Below, piece after piece: positions 30,164 through 38,055 of a stretch of DNA of 64,000 bases (its first letter is position 1; each line of letters opens with the position of its first letter). The notes below the pieces were generated by a model. That model worked only from the letters and a program-made list of their open reading frames with translations. It made no database searches and had not been told where the DNA came from. Origin of the DNA: Peptococcia bacterium. GTDB taxonomy: Bacteria > Bacillota > Peptococcia > DRI-13 > DTU073. Location: positions 1,556 to 65,555 of the forward strand of contig JBMNJI010000012.1 of assembly GCA_050951585.1 (NCBI GenBank), in the 5' to 3' direction. A program made the translations under genes and the position numbers.

Positions 30164-33159
30164 TGAGAACAGCAAAATTCCGAATAATATCGGCATTAGC
30201 ACTACTGCTAACCTATATACTGACAAGCATTGTGCCGGCAAATTCATTGCCGGCTTTTGCTGCTGCTCCCCGCTTTGCTATTGATGAAACAAATACCAGG
30301 CAAATAAAAGATAGCTTTACAGAAACAGGGTTGCCTTTTCACGAGACATGGACATGTGATTTAAAAGGGAAGGTAAACAGCCAGCCCATTGTGGTAGACG
30401 GATATATCTATGTGCAGGCGGGAAAAGATCTCCTGAAGCTTTCATTGGAAGAAGGCAGGATTCTAGGTCGGATTACGGTAAACCAGCATGAATTGCCTTC
30501 CGGTTCGTCCCCAACATATGCAGAAACCACTCATGCCCCGCGGATTTATCAGGCTACCCGTGATCACCGACTTTGGGCTATAGACCCGTTAACTTTTAAG
30601 CCTATCTGGGAACAACCGTTAATTTTGACTACAGATAAACAAAGCGATAATTACAAAAAAAGATACCGGGTTACCTCCAGCCCTTTTGTGTATATTCATA
30701 ATCATCGTACATATATTGCTGTGGGAACAGCTAATGGAGATGCTACTGGACTGCCGGGGCAATATGCTGATAATGGTTTCTTTATCATCCAAGATGTTGG
30801 GTTTAAACCACAGGTTGTATATTGGAATCAAATGCCGGGGGAGGTTACAGGCTCTCCAATCTTTCATAATGGGATGATCATTGGTACAGAAAACACTCAG
30901 GGTAAAGAATCTGAACTTATTAGATATCTACCTAATGTAAATTCATTTACATCATCAAAATGTGCAGTCAACTTGGGTGTCCCAGGTTCACCAGCAGCAG
31001 AAGGTGACTATATATATGTTGCCGACAGAACAGGATTTATTTATAAATTTTTTAACAAGAACGCGAGTGAAATTAATCGGGTATGGAAAAATCCCGAGCA
31101 ACCCGGTGATTTTGACTCCAACCGTTTCCTTAACAGCTACAACCTTATGTCGCCGGTCATCGGCAATAAATACATTTACCTGCCGTTAGTGCATTACAAC
31201 AATTACTCCAGCGGTGGACCAGGTGCCGTTATTGCCGTAGATAAAGAAACAGGCTTCACACACAAAGTTCGCCCCTTCAATTCCATCCTTAAATCGAATA
31301 TGCTTTATTGGAAACCGTCACCGGAGGCGGAGCAGGATTATGTTTTCGTCTTTGCTTATGACGGCACGGCATGGGCTTTAGATGGCCAAACTTTAGAGCC
31401 TGTACCATGGTTCTATGACCAAAAAGAAAACAAAGTCAAAGAAGCGGTCCGGCTTTTTCCGGTGGAACCGGGCAGTGTTGCCCCGGAAATGGTTATTGCC
31501 GACTCCTACCTCTTGATTACGGACGGACAAGGAATCATGCATGCCTATAAGGCAGAAGAGCCGGTAAACTTCAAGGCCGTATCTCTGGAACCTATTAAAG
31601 CTCTTGAATCACTTGACGCTCAAGCATCAGCAGAAACTGAAGCATCAACTGCCACATCCCCGGAAGCACCGGTACCGGCAAAAGACAGCCTGAACGAAGG
31701 AGAGCAAGCCGGAGACAGGGAATATCAACCCGGCGAGCGGGTGCAGCTTCAATTTACGGTGGAAAATACTTCTCCGGAGGATTATACCGAGATTCCGCTC
31801 ATCCTTACCACCCCGGACGGAACGGTCCTCCCCGGCGGTACTGTTGACTTAAAAGCAGGCGAGAGATTAACGGTTACGCCCTGGACGGTTGAGGTTCCTC
31901 CTTCCGGCAGTCTGCTCTACCGGGCAACTATCAACCCCGAAGGACATCCCCAGGAAATTACCGCGGAAATAAAACCGCGTCTTGATAATACTGCCGAGGT
32001 AGAGCTTAATAAAACAGTTCTTGATCTGGAAGTAGTCTCCCTCTCGGTGGCAACCCCTACCGAGGCTGGAATAGTGCAAAACATTGAAACCGTTATTGCC
32101 AATAATACGGGACAAGCTATCCCGGAAGCCTTAATCCAATGGCAGGAAGACAGCAAGGTAATCCGGGAAGAAAAAGTATCCTTTGCCGTCGGGGAAAGCA
32201 AAACCCTTTCCTTTGCCTGGCGTGCCCCTGAGCGGGAAGCCACCGTCAATATCGCCGTCATCGCCGACCCTGCCCAACTTATTCCCGATGCAAACCGTGC
32301 CAACAATTTTAAGGAAGCATACATCGCCGTCAATCAATTCGTGAAGAGAAGTTGTAAAGAACCCCTGGACAGAGCCAGTTGGGATGTGGTTTACCACATC
32401 ATTACCGGCTATCATACAAAAACAGTCTATGATACGGTGACCGTGGGAACGGATGAAAAAGGCAACCCCATAACACGGACTGAGGCGCGTACGGTAACCG
32501 ATTATACCAATCCTATTTGGGAACCGGTTACGGTCACCTATAACGAATGGCTTGAATTGGATGTCAGCGTCAATACCAAACAAGGGATTCCCACCGACCC
32601 CCAAAACCCCAAAAAAAGCGACCGGGAAAGCCGGGGCTCCTGGGAGATCATTCCCTATGCCGAGGAGCAGTCCAAAAAGCTGCGTAAGAAAGTGGACCCT
32701 AACGAGATTACCCGGGCCGGTTATGGTTTTGAAGTCACTGTCGTGACCAACTACCAAAACGACTGGGAAAGCAAAGTCCCTTCGGGATTGGCAAACACGG
32801 CGCAGCCCATTGGCGGCACATTTGCAGGACCGGCCCGTGTGATCGCCGAATTCTTTAATCCAAGCAACAAGTTTGTTAAAGCCGTTGAGCTGGCACAAGT
32901 CTCCGGCCGCGCCGACAGAACAGGCCAGTGTACCTGGATGTTGCCGGCCACCCGTTATACCTTTAAGGATGGTGAAACCATTTACGAAAGAAAGCATTAT
33001 ACCAGTCCCGATGACAAAGACGGCAATTATACGGTGCAAATCCGCGTTGAATACGCCGGTAAACATGGATTGTATTTCTGTAAACAAAAAAACGTCGAAA
33101 TATGGGGGGATATGTATGATGATATTTATACTGCCCCCATGCCCCTTAATTTACGGTAA
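30163..33159 (+). CDS. large secreted protein: PQQ/BamB-like beta-propeller region, two CARDB-like domains, unassigned ~270-aa C-terminal region
   Basis: 998 aa with a signal peptide ('ALALLLTYILTSIVPANSLPAFAAA'). Propeller-like repeats ('VVDGYIYVQAGKDLLKL', 'RLWAIDPLTFKPIW'). CARDB-like segments ('VQLQFTVENTS...', 'ATVNIAVIADPAQLIPDANRANNF'). Domain calls come from pattern recognition only. Confidence 0.6.
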   Translation: MRTAKFRIISALALLLTYILTSIVPANSLPAFAAAPRFAIDETNTRQIKDSFTETGLPFHETWTCDLKGKVNSQPIVVDGYIYVQAGKDLLKLSLEEGRILGRITVNQHELPSGSSPTYAETTHAPRIYQATRDHRLWAIDPLTFKPIWEQPLILTTDKQSDNYKKRYRVTSSPFVYIHNHRTYIAVGTANGDATGLPGQYADNGFFIIQDVGFKPQVVYWNQMPGEVTGSPIFHNGMIIGTENTQGKESELIRYLPNVNSFTSSKCAVNLGVPGSPAAEGDYIYVADRTGFIYKFFNKNASEINRVWKNPEQPGDFDSNRFLNSYNLMSPVIGNKYIYLPLVHYNNYSSGGPGAVIAVDKETGFTHKVRPFNSILKSNMLYWKPSPEAEQDYVFVFAYDGTAWALDGQTLEPVPWFYDQKENKVKEAVRLFPVEPGSVAPEMVIADSYLLITDGQGIMHAYKAEEPVNFKAVSLEPIKALESLDAQASAETEASTATSPEAPVPAKDSLNEGEQAGDREYQPGERVQLQFTVENTSPEDYTEIPLILTTPDGTVLPGGTVDLKAGERLTVTPWTVEVPPSGSLLYRATINPEGHPQEITAEIKPRLDNTAEVELNKTVLDLEVVSLSVATPTEAGIVQNIETVIANNTGQAIPEALIQWQEDSKVIREEKVSFAVGESKTLSFAWRAPEREATVNIAVIADPAQLIPDANRANNFKEAYIAVNQFVKRSCKEPLDRASWDVVYHIITGYHTKTVYDTVTVGTDEKGNPITRTEARTVTDYTNPIWEPVTVTYNEWLELDVSVNTKQGIPTDPQNPKKSDRESRGSWEIIPYAEEQSKKLRKKVDPNEITRAGYGFEVTVVTNYQNDWESKVPSGLANTAQPIGGTFAGPARVIAEFFNPSNKFVKAVELAQVSGRADRTGQCTWMLPATRYTFKDGETIYERKHYTSPDDKDGNYTVQIRVEYAGKHGLYFCKQKNVEIWGDMYDDIYTAPMPLNLR

Positions 33160-33173
33160 CGGGTAGAAAATTT

Positions 33174-33222
33174 GGTTTACATTTTTGCTCTGGGGTGGAT
33201 ACTTATATGGTAGAAAAATAAA
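33174..33222 (+). promoter_or_regulatory. 49-nt conserved promoter-like element, copy 2
   Basis: GGTTTACATTTTTGCTCTGGGGTGGATACTTATATGGTAGAAAAATAAA. An extra GGTAGAAAA half-copy lies at 33162-33170. Confidence 0.45.
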
Positions 33223-33290
33223 TTCATTTCCGGAATAGAAGGAAAGCATTTATACCTGCGAAGATAAAGAGGGGAAGGGGAGAGATTTTG

Positions 33291-33497
33291 ATGTGGAGTA
33301 TATTCCATTTGTTTAAACCAAGGGAAGAGAAGCGAGGGTATTTTGTGCATACAAGCGGGGGAAAAAATATGCTTTGCAAGATATTAAACGAGTATGATAC
33401 AAAAGAAGAAGCCACCCAAGATTTGGTTGACTTAGTGGCAAATAAAATTACGGAAAAAGATCTGTACAAAGAATTTTTGAAGAGACAATCCTGGTAG
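33291..33497 (+). CDS. hypothetical small protein (68 aa)
   Basis: ORF preceded by GGGGAAGGGGAG, ~70 nt downstream of element copy 2. I recognise no family. Internal Met-28 is an alternative start. Confidence 0.4.
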   Translation: MWSIFHLFKPREEKRGYFVHTSGGKNMLCKILNEYDTKEEATQDLVDLVANKITEKDLYKEFLKRQSW

Positions 33498-33545
33498 GTT
33501 TACATTTTAGGCCCGGCGCGGATATATATACAGTAGAAAAGTAAA
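33497..33545 (+). promoter_or_regulatory. 49-nt conserved promoter-like element, copy 3
   Basis: GGTTTACATTTTAGGCCCGGCGCGGATATATATACAGTAGAAAAGTAAA. It begins at the last base of the preceding stop codon. Confidence 0.45.
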
Positions 33546-33580
33546 TCATACCTTTTGGTATGAAATGGAGGATGAAGAAA

Positions 33581-33988
33581 ATGAATAGAAAACAACTGAG
33601 AAGTCTAACGCCGGAAGCCGCCTGGAAGTTTTTTACTGCAGAAGGGGAGACAGTGGAAGGATTTATTTCCGAGTTTGTTGATGACGGATATGAGCTGACA
33701 GATATCAAAACAATGGTCAGAATCTTTGCAAGTGAGACACCAATGACCTTAGACCATCCATTATTGCAAGAAGATATTGATTTTTTGGAAGCTTCGTTCG
33801 AAAAATATATGATGGAGCACATTGAGAAAATCGGCGGCTTCGCCAACTTGAAACTAATGCCCCATGATGAATTAATGAAAAGATGGGATGATGGGGTGGC
33901 AGACATGTTTTATTTAATGGAGAGAAGAGGCTATAAGATTCAGAACCCCAGAATTAAGCAACTGGTGGAGGAGAAGTATTATCGGTAG
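33581..33988 (+). CDS. hypothetical protein (135 aa), acidic, no signal peptide
   Basis: ATG 33581 is 8-9 nt after GGAGGA; the ORF is open from 33560. A 152-aa antisense ORF overlaps it, but only the plus-strand ORF has an SD and a promoter-like element. I recognise no family. Confidence 0.5.
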   Translation: MNRKQLRSLTPEAAWKFFTAEGETVEGFISEFVDDGYELTDIKTMVRIFASETPMTLDHPLLQEDIDFLEASFEKYMMEHIEKIGGFANLKLMPHDELMKRWDDGVADMFYLMERRGYKIQNPRIKQLVEEKYYR

Positions 33989-34034
33989 GTTGTGACAGTT
34001 GGCGGAAAGGTGAAAAGTGTATAGGTGTATATGC

Positions 34035-34451
34035 TTATATGACGCGATACAGCCAGAAGCAGCGATATTTTCCATTCGATTTCTGTGCACGAAAACCTAT
34101 TGCCACAGGTTTTCCCGAGTATTCGCCACCGGAGATCACCACACCGTTATCGTCGATATGAGCTCCTGTCAAATCCTCTGTGGTAGTCACACCAATATCT
34201 GCGATACCGAGCGAGAGCGTTCCTTGCTTAAAATCCTTTACCACCTCGGCGGCACTGTCGTCTGCATATAGGGTGGCTTCGGCCAGCTCTACAGAAAAAT
34301 CCGCCTGCAAGGCTTTTGCGAGAGAAATGGGGGTATCGTAGGTTTCATCCCCGTTAGTATCCTCAGTGATTTTGGCATAGTAAAATTTATCTAATCCGAT
34401 AGTTACCCCTTTGGCCGATTTGACACCGGAACTTTTAGCATTATGCGCAAT
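34035..34451 (-). pseudogene. phage major tail protein (phi13-like) remnant, no start codon, C-terminally truncated
   Basis: The minus-strand frame reads 'IAHNAKSSGVKSAKGVTIGLDKFYYAKITEDTNGDETYDTPISLAKALQADFSVELAEATLYADD...GKYRCFWLYRVI*'. The 'LYYAK...TLYADD...YRxxWLYK' pattern recalls siphovirus major tail proteins. No in-frame ATG precedes the N-terminal 'AKSSG'. No other phage genes are nearby. Confidence 0.5.
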
Positions 34452-34688
34452 TCAACCATGGCAGGTTAAGCCTATGGCCAATTAGCGGCCAATCTGCGTG
34501 CAAGTTTTGCCCAATAGTCTAACAGATGAATCGTTGTCAAAATTCGTTTACGGTGATAATATTTAATCAAATTATTTAATGGTTTGCAGATGGGGAGGAA
34601 GCCGTCAACCTCAGAAACAATGGAAGCTGTTGGTTAAGGATAACCTCTGGCAGAAATATTACGCAAATGGAAGAGAGGGAAAACACTA

Positions 34689-35177
34689 ATGTTTAGAGAA
34701 ATGAGAAGAAGCAAGCAATTATTAGCAATGGATGACACAATCGCAGTAATGAAAAGATGCACAAATGGGGTCATGGCGTGTATCGGTGACGATGATTATC
34801 CTTACGGCGTTCCGCTTAACTATGTCTATTGCAATGATAAAATCTATTTTCATTCCGCAAAAACCGGACATAAAATCGATGCAATTACGAAGAACCCCAA
34901 GGTATCGTTTGCCGTAATCGATGAGGATACAATAGTAAGTGCAGAATATACCTCTTATTTCCGTAGTGTGATTGCTTTCGGGAAAGCAAGAATTGTCGAA
35001 GGGGAAGAACGGCTGAAAGCTTTTGCGGCCTTAGTTGAAAAGTACTCCGGCGATCAGCCGGAAGAAGCAAAGCATCAGAAAATAGCCGAATGCACACGGG
35101 CTTTTATTATTGCCATTGACATTGAACACATTACTGGCAAAGAAGCCATTAAATACGTGAAAGCTAGAAAGCAATAG
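34689..35177 (+). CDS. pyridoxamine 5'-phosphate oxidase family protein (Nim-like flavin reductase fold)
   Basis: 162 aa. 'MRRSKQLL...DDYPYGVPLNYVY...IYFHSAKTGHKIDAI..NPKVSF' matches the PNPOx/Nim split-barrel pattern. Confidence 0.75.
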   Translation: MFREMRRSKQLLAMDDTIAVMKRCTNGVMACIGDDDYPYGVPLNYVYCNDKIYFHSAKTGHKIDAITKNPKVSFAVIDEDTIVSAEYTSYFRSVIAFGKARIVEGEERLKAFAALVEKYSGDQPEEAKHQKIAECTRAFIIAIDIEHITGKEAIKYVKARKQ

Positions 35178-35196
35178 TAGTTTTGTCCTTGTGTCC

Positions 35197-35703
35197 TTAG
35201 GCTAATGCTTTTTGGATAATTCCACAGGCTAATCTTTTTCCTGCCGCACCTGCCGGTTGGGTGCGGTAGTCATCGGGGTTCTGATGGATAATGACTGAAT
35301 TTCCAATGATTTGTTCCGGTAGAAATTTGTCCGTGTAGAAGTACATGTAGGCATAGCCCCGGTTTGAGAAGAGAACAGGAAAATCACCGGCATGATTTCC
35401 ATGGGGTTGGTTCGTCGGATTCCAGTGTCCGCCGGCAGCCTGGAAGGGGTTTTGGGGATCGCCAATTTCACAATTGCCAAACTCATGCAGATGAAAACCA
35501 TGAGGACCAATGGGCGCTTCCCCGTTCGTGGACGGTTGGTAAGGGGGAAGGCCGTAAATTTCGGCAAAGACTAAGGTTCCGTTGGGGGCCTGAAAAAATC
35601 TGACCGCACCTTCGATCTGCGGTCTTAATGGTCCGCCTTTGATACAGGCAATTGCCACTGCCTTATTTCTGGGCAAAAGTATTTCATTTAATGAGGTGGA
35701 CAT
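35197..35703 (-). CDS. Cu/Zn superoxide dismutase-like protein, no signal peptide
   Basis: 'GFHLHEFGNC', 'GGHWNP', 'HGNHAGD', 'SVIIHQNPDD' and 'RLACGII' retain the Cu/Zn ligand and disulfide pattern. The ORF is open to 35730. Start is ATG 35703 or ATG 35730. Confidence 0.8.
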   Translation of the reverse strand: MSTSLNEILLPRNKAVAIACIKGGPLRPQIEGAVRFFQAPNGTLVFAEIYGLPPYQPSTNGEAPIGPHGFHLHEFGNCEIGDPQNPFQAAGGHWNPTNQPHGNHAGDFPVLFSNRGYAYMYFYTDKFLPEQIIGNSVIIHQNPDDYRTQPAGAAGKRLACGIIQKALA

Positions 35704-35825
35704 CAATATCACTTCTTTCTTTTGCAACATATTTCAGCGCCAGTTTAACAGTGCTGAATTTTCTACTGATGCGTTATAATATGCAGAACCCCAGATAAAT
35801 GTTGGCGGAGGCGAGGAGGAAAGTA

Positions 35826-36725
35826 ATGAAAAAAGCGCAAATCGTCTACTTTTCAGGAACCGGTGGAACAGCACGGGTTTCCGCGGAGTTCGCCAAGTCT
35901 TTAATCAGTCATCAGGTAGAAGCGCAGATAATTCCTTTGGATCTGCAGGAGTTCGATTACCGCTCGTTCGCGGCACCCAGTGAGCAGTCGGCTGATGTTG
36001 ATTTACTGATTCTTCTCTTTCCAGTGCATGCTTTTGATGCTCCGGAGCCGGTCTATGAATGGCTGAGCACAATACCCGACGGCAATGGGCAGGCGGTTGC
36101 GGTCATTTCTGTTTCAGGCGGCGGAGAGGTTTGGCCAAACACGGCTTGTCGGGCAGGTTGTATTAAAATCTTTGAGCAAAAAGGATATGACGTTATTTAT
36201 GAACGGATGTTTATGATGCCCTCCAATGTTTTTTCTGCGACCCAGGAGCAATTAGCGCTTAGACTACTGCAGGTATTACCGTCCAAGGCGGAAAATTGCG
36301 TTTCGGAAATACTATCCGGAGTTCGGCGCAGGAAAAGGGCACCGCTAACGTCGCGGATCATGGCTGCTTCTGCCAAACTTGAAAAGAAGTCGGTCAGAAA
36401 GCTCGCCCAAAAATATTTTCAAGTGAATGAAAAATGCACGGGCTGTGGCTGGTGTGCGAAGGCTTGCCCCCGAAAAAACATCGAAATGATGGCGGCTCGT
36501 CCTTCTTTTGGTGAGCAATGTGTCGCGTGTCTTCGCTGTACTTATGGCTGTCCGGCCAAGGCTATTCAGATGAGAAAGTTTAAATTTTTCTTACTGAAGG
36601 AAGGGTTTAACCTGGATGAGTTGGAGAAAAGTCTAAGTAATAGTGAGCTTGCCCCAAGAGAAGAGAACATTAAAGCAGGCTTTCTGTTTGGGGGAGTTCA
36701 TGATTATTTGTCGGGTAAGCAATAG
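35826..36725 (+). CDS. EFR1-type flavodoxin-like / 2x[4Fe-4S] ferredoxin fusion protein
   Basis: 'IVYFSGTGGTARV' flavodoxin-like N-terminus, with 'CTGCGWCAKACP' and 'CVACLRCTYGCP' cluster motifs. ATG 35826 follows GAGGAGG. Confidence 0.75.
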   Translation: MKKAQIVYFSGTGGTARVSAEFAKSLISHQVEAQIIPLDLQEFDYRSFAAPSEQSADVDLLILLFPVHAFDAPEPVYEWLSTIPDGNGQAVAVISVSGGGEVWPNTACRAGCIKIFEQKGYDVIYERMFMMPSNVFSATQEQLALRLLQVLPSKAENCVSEILSGVRRRKRAPLTSRIMAASAKLEKKSVRKLAQKYFQVNEKCTGCGWCAKACPRKNIEMMAARPSFGEQCVACLRCTYGCPAKAIQMRKFKFFLLKEGFNLDELEKSLSNSELAPREENIKAGFLFGGVHDYLSGKQ

Positions 36726-36756
36726 TAGTATGTTTATTAATACTTTTTGAGATGCC

Positions 36757-36781
36757 AAAAAAGCACCCTTTTGCGGGGCGC
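36757..36781 (-). terminator. weak terminator for rnpB (minus strand)
   Basis: The minus-strand RNA reads GCGCCC-CGCAAAA-GGGTGC (6 bp, one G-U) followed by UUUUUU. Confidence 0.4.
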
Positions 36782-36801
36782 TTTATATGTATCTGACACA
36801 T

Positions 36802-37166
36802 GAGTATGCCTGTAAGCCGAGTTCTGTGCTCCTTGCGGAGTGATGGTCATCTATCTTGGATGTCAGTTACCTGACACCTCCAGCGACCTTACCCGGAAGC
36901 GGAACGGGCCGTTCCATTGCTTCCCTATTCGGTCTTGCTCCCGGTGGGGTTTACCGAGCCGGCCAGTCACCTGACCGCTGGTGAGCTCTTACCTCACCTT
37001 TCCACCCTTACCTGTGCGGAATAATCCGCCATCGGCGGTATGTCTCTGTGGCACTATCCTTGGAGTCGCCTCCACTGGGTGTTACCCAGCACCTTGCCCT
37101 GTGGAGCTCGGACTTTCCTCAGGTGCGGCCTTTCGGCACTTGCACCCGCGACCATCCGGCATACTC
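36802..37166 (-). ncRNA. rnpB: RNase P RNA, bacterial type A
   Basis: The reverse complement reads GAGTATGCCGG...GAGGAAAGTCCGAGCTCCACAGGGCA...ACAGAGA...CCGCCGATGG...CAGGTAAGGGTGGAAAGGTGAGGTAAGAGCTCACC...GGTAAACCCCACCGGGAGCAAGACCGAATAGGG...ACAGAACTCGGCTTACAGGCATACTC. The P1 ends pair (GAGTATGCC / GGCATACTC). It is collinear with E. coli M1 RNA conserved blocks. Confidence 0.92.
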
Positions 37167-37396
37167 ATGTTTTTTCAATATGATGCATTTATTCTATCAT
37201 GCATTTTTCATAATCAGTGACTTTCACCATCATGCTCCATAATTGTGATGTTCAGCACTCGAATTAATATGTTATCATAGAAACGGGCTTACATCAAGTG
37301 GTAAATCCACCCTATTGTGCTTACATAGCTTACATAGACTTCACATAGACAGGAAACAGTTCCTCACCAAGACTATTGGATCAGCTTATTTTTCCG

Positions 37397-37426
37397 TTGA
37401 CAAAGTGGCGCATTTTCTCATATGAT
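37397..37426 (+). promoter_or_regulatory. sigma-A-like promoter upstream of ilvN
   Basis: TTGACA (37397-37402), 18-nt spacer, TATGAT (37421-37426). Confidence 0.5.
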
Positions 37427-37517
37427 GAGGGCAATAGATGATGATGACAAAGAAAAAAATGAATAAGAAAGAAATAGAATAAGAAAGAAAAAGAATGGTA
37501 TTCGGGAGGGATCTTGC

Positions 37518-38012
37518 ATGGCGCATACTTTATCAGTGCTGGTAGAAAACAGACCTGGTGTATTGACGAGAATATCCGGCTTAATCAGTCGCAGGGCATT
37601 TAATATTGAGAGTATTGCGGCTGGCTATACGGAAGAACCCGACATGACTAGAATAACAGTGGTTGTGAACGGTGATGATCAGGAGATTGAGCAGGTCACT
37701 AACCAATTGGCCAAGCTTGTTGACGTCATAAAAATTGTTGATCAGACCCGGATTGATTCATTGGAAAGGGAATTAGTATTAATCAAGGTAAAGGCTCAGC
37801 CGGAAAAGCGTTCTGACATTGTCGATATCGTGGATATTTTCCGGGCGCGCATTGTTGATGTGAACAGAGAGACAATGGTGATCGAGTTGAGCGGCTCCCA
37901 GGATAAGATTGATGCCTTATGTGAAGTACTCAAGGATCATGGAATTGTGGAAATTGTGCGGACCGGTAAAATCGTTATTTCGCGTGGACCTCTGCCCGCT
38001 AAAGAACTTTAA
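37518..38012 (+). CDS. ilvN: acetolactate synthase small (regulatory) subunit, ACT domain
   Basis: 'HTLSVLVENRPGVLTRISGLISRRAFNIESIAAG...TRITVVV' is the canonical IlvH/IlvN N-terminus. 164 aa. Confidence 0.88.
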   Translation: MAHTLSVLVENRPGVLTRISGLISRRAFNIESIAAGYTEEPDMTRITVVVNGDDQEIEQVTNQLAKLVDVIKIVDQTRIDSLERELVLIKVKAQPEKRSDIVDIVDIFRARIVDVNRETMVIELSGSQDKIDALCEVLKDHGIVEIVRTGKIVISRGPLPAKEL

Positions 38013-38055
38013 GAATCTATAGTATAGTCATAGTAGGAAGAAGGGACGGGACCAG

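Noticed and set aside
32131-33087. 318-aa ORF antisense to the 998-aa secreted protein
   Set aside because: The sense-strand protein has a signal peptide, recognisable domain patterns and translational coupling. The antisense product has no recognisable features.
35197-35730. Cytoplasmic-looking Cu/Zn SOD in an apparent anaerobe, considered as an anomaly
   Set aside because: All metal-ligand and disulfide positions appear present. Leaderless SodC-like proteins are, to my knowledge, common in Clostridia. It looks ordinary.
36981-37242. Two overlapping ORFs (79 and 64 aa) from the track
   Set aside because: They lie on top of the RNase P RNA gene on the opposite strand. The region is explained by rnpB.
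37438-37482. 14-codon ORF 'MMMTKKKMNKKEIE' in the ilvN leader, considered as an attenuation leader peptide
   Set aside because: It has no run of Ile/Leu/Val codons, and no alternative terminator/antiterminator hairpins follow. It is most likely chance within a purine-rich leader.
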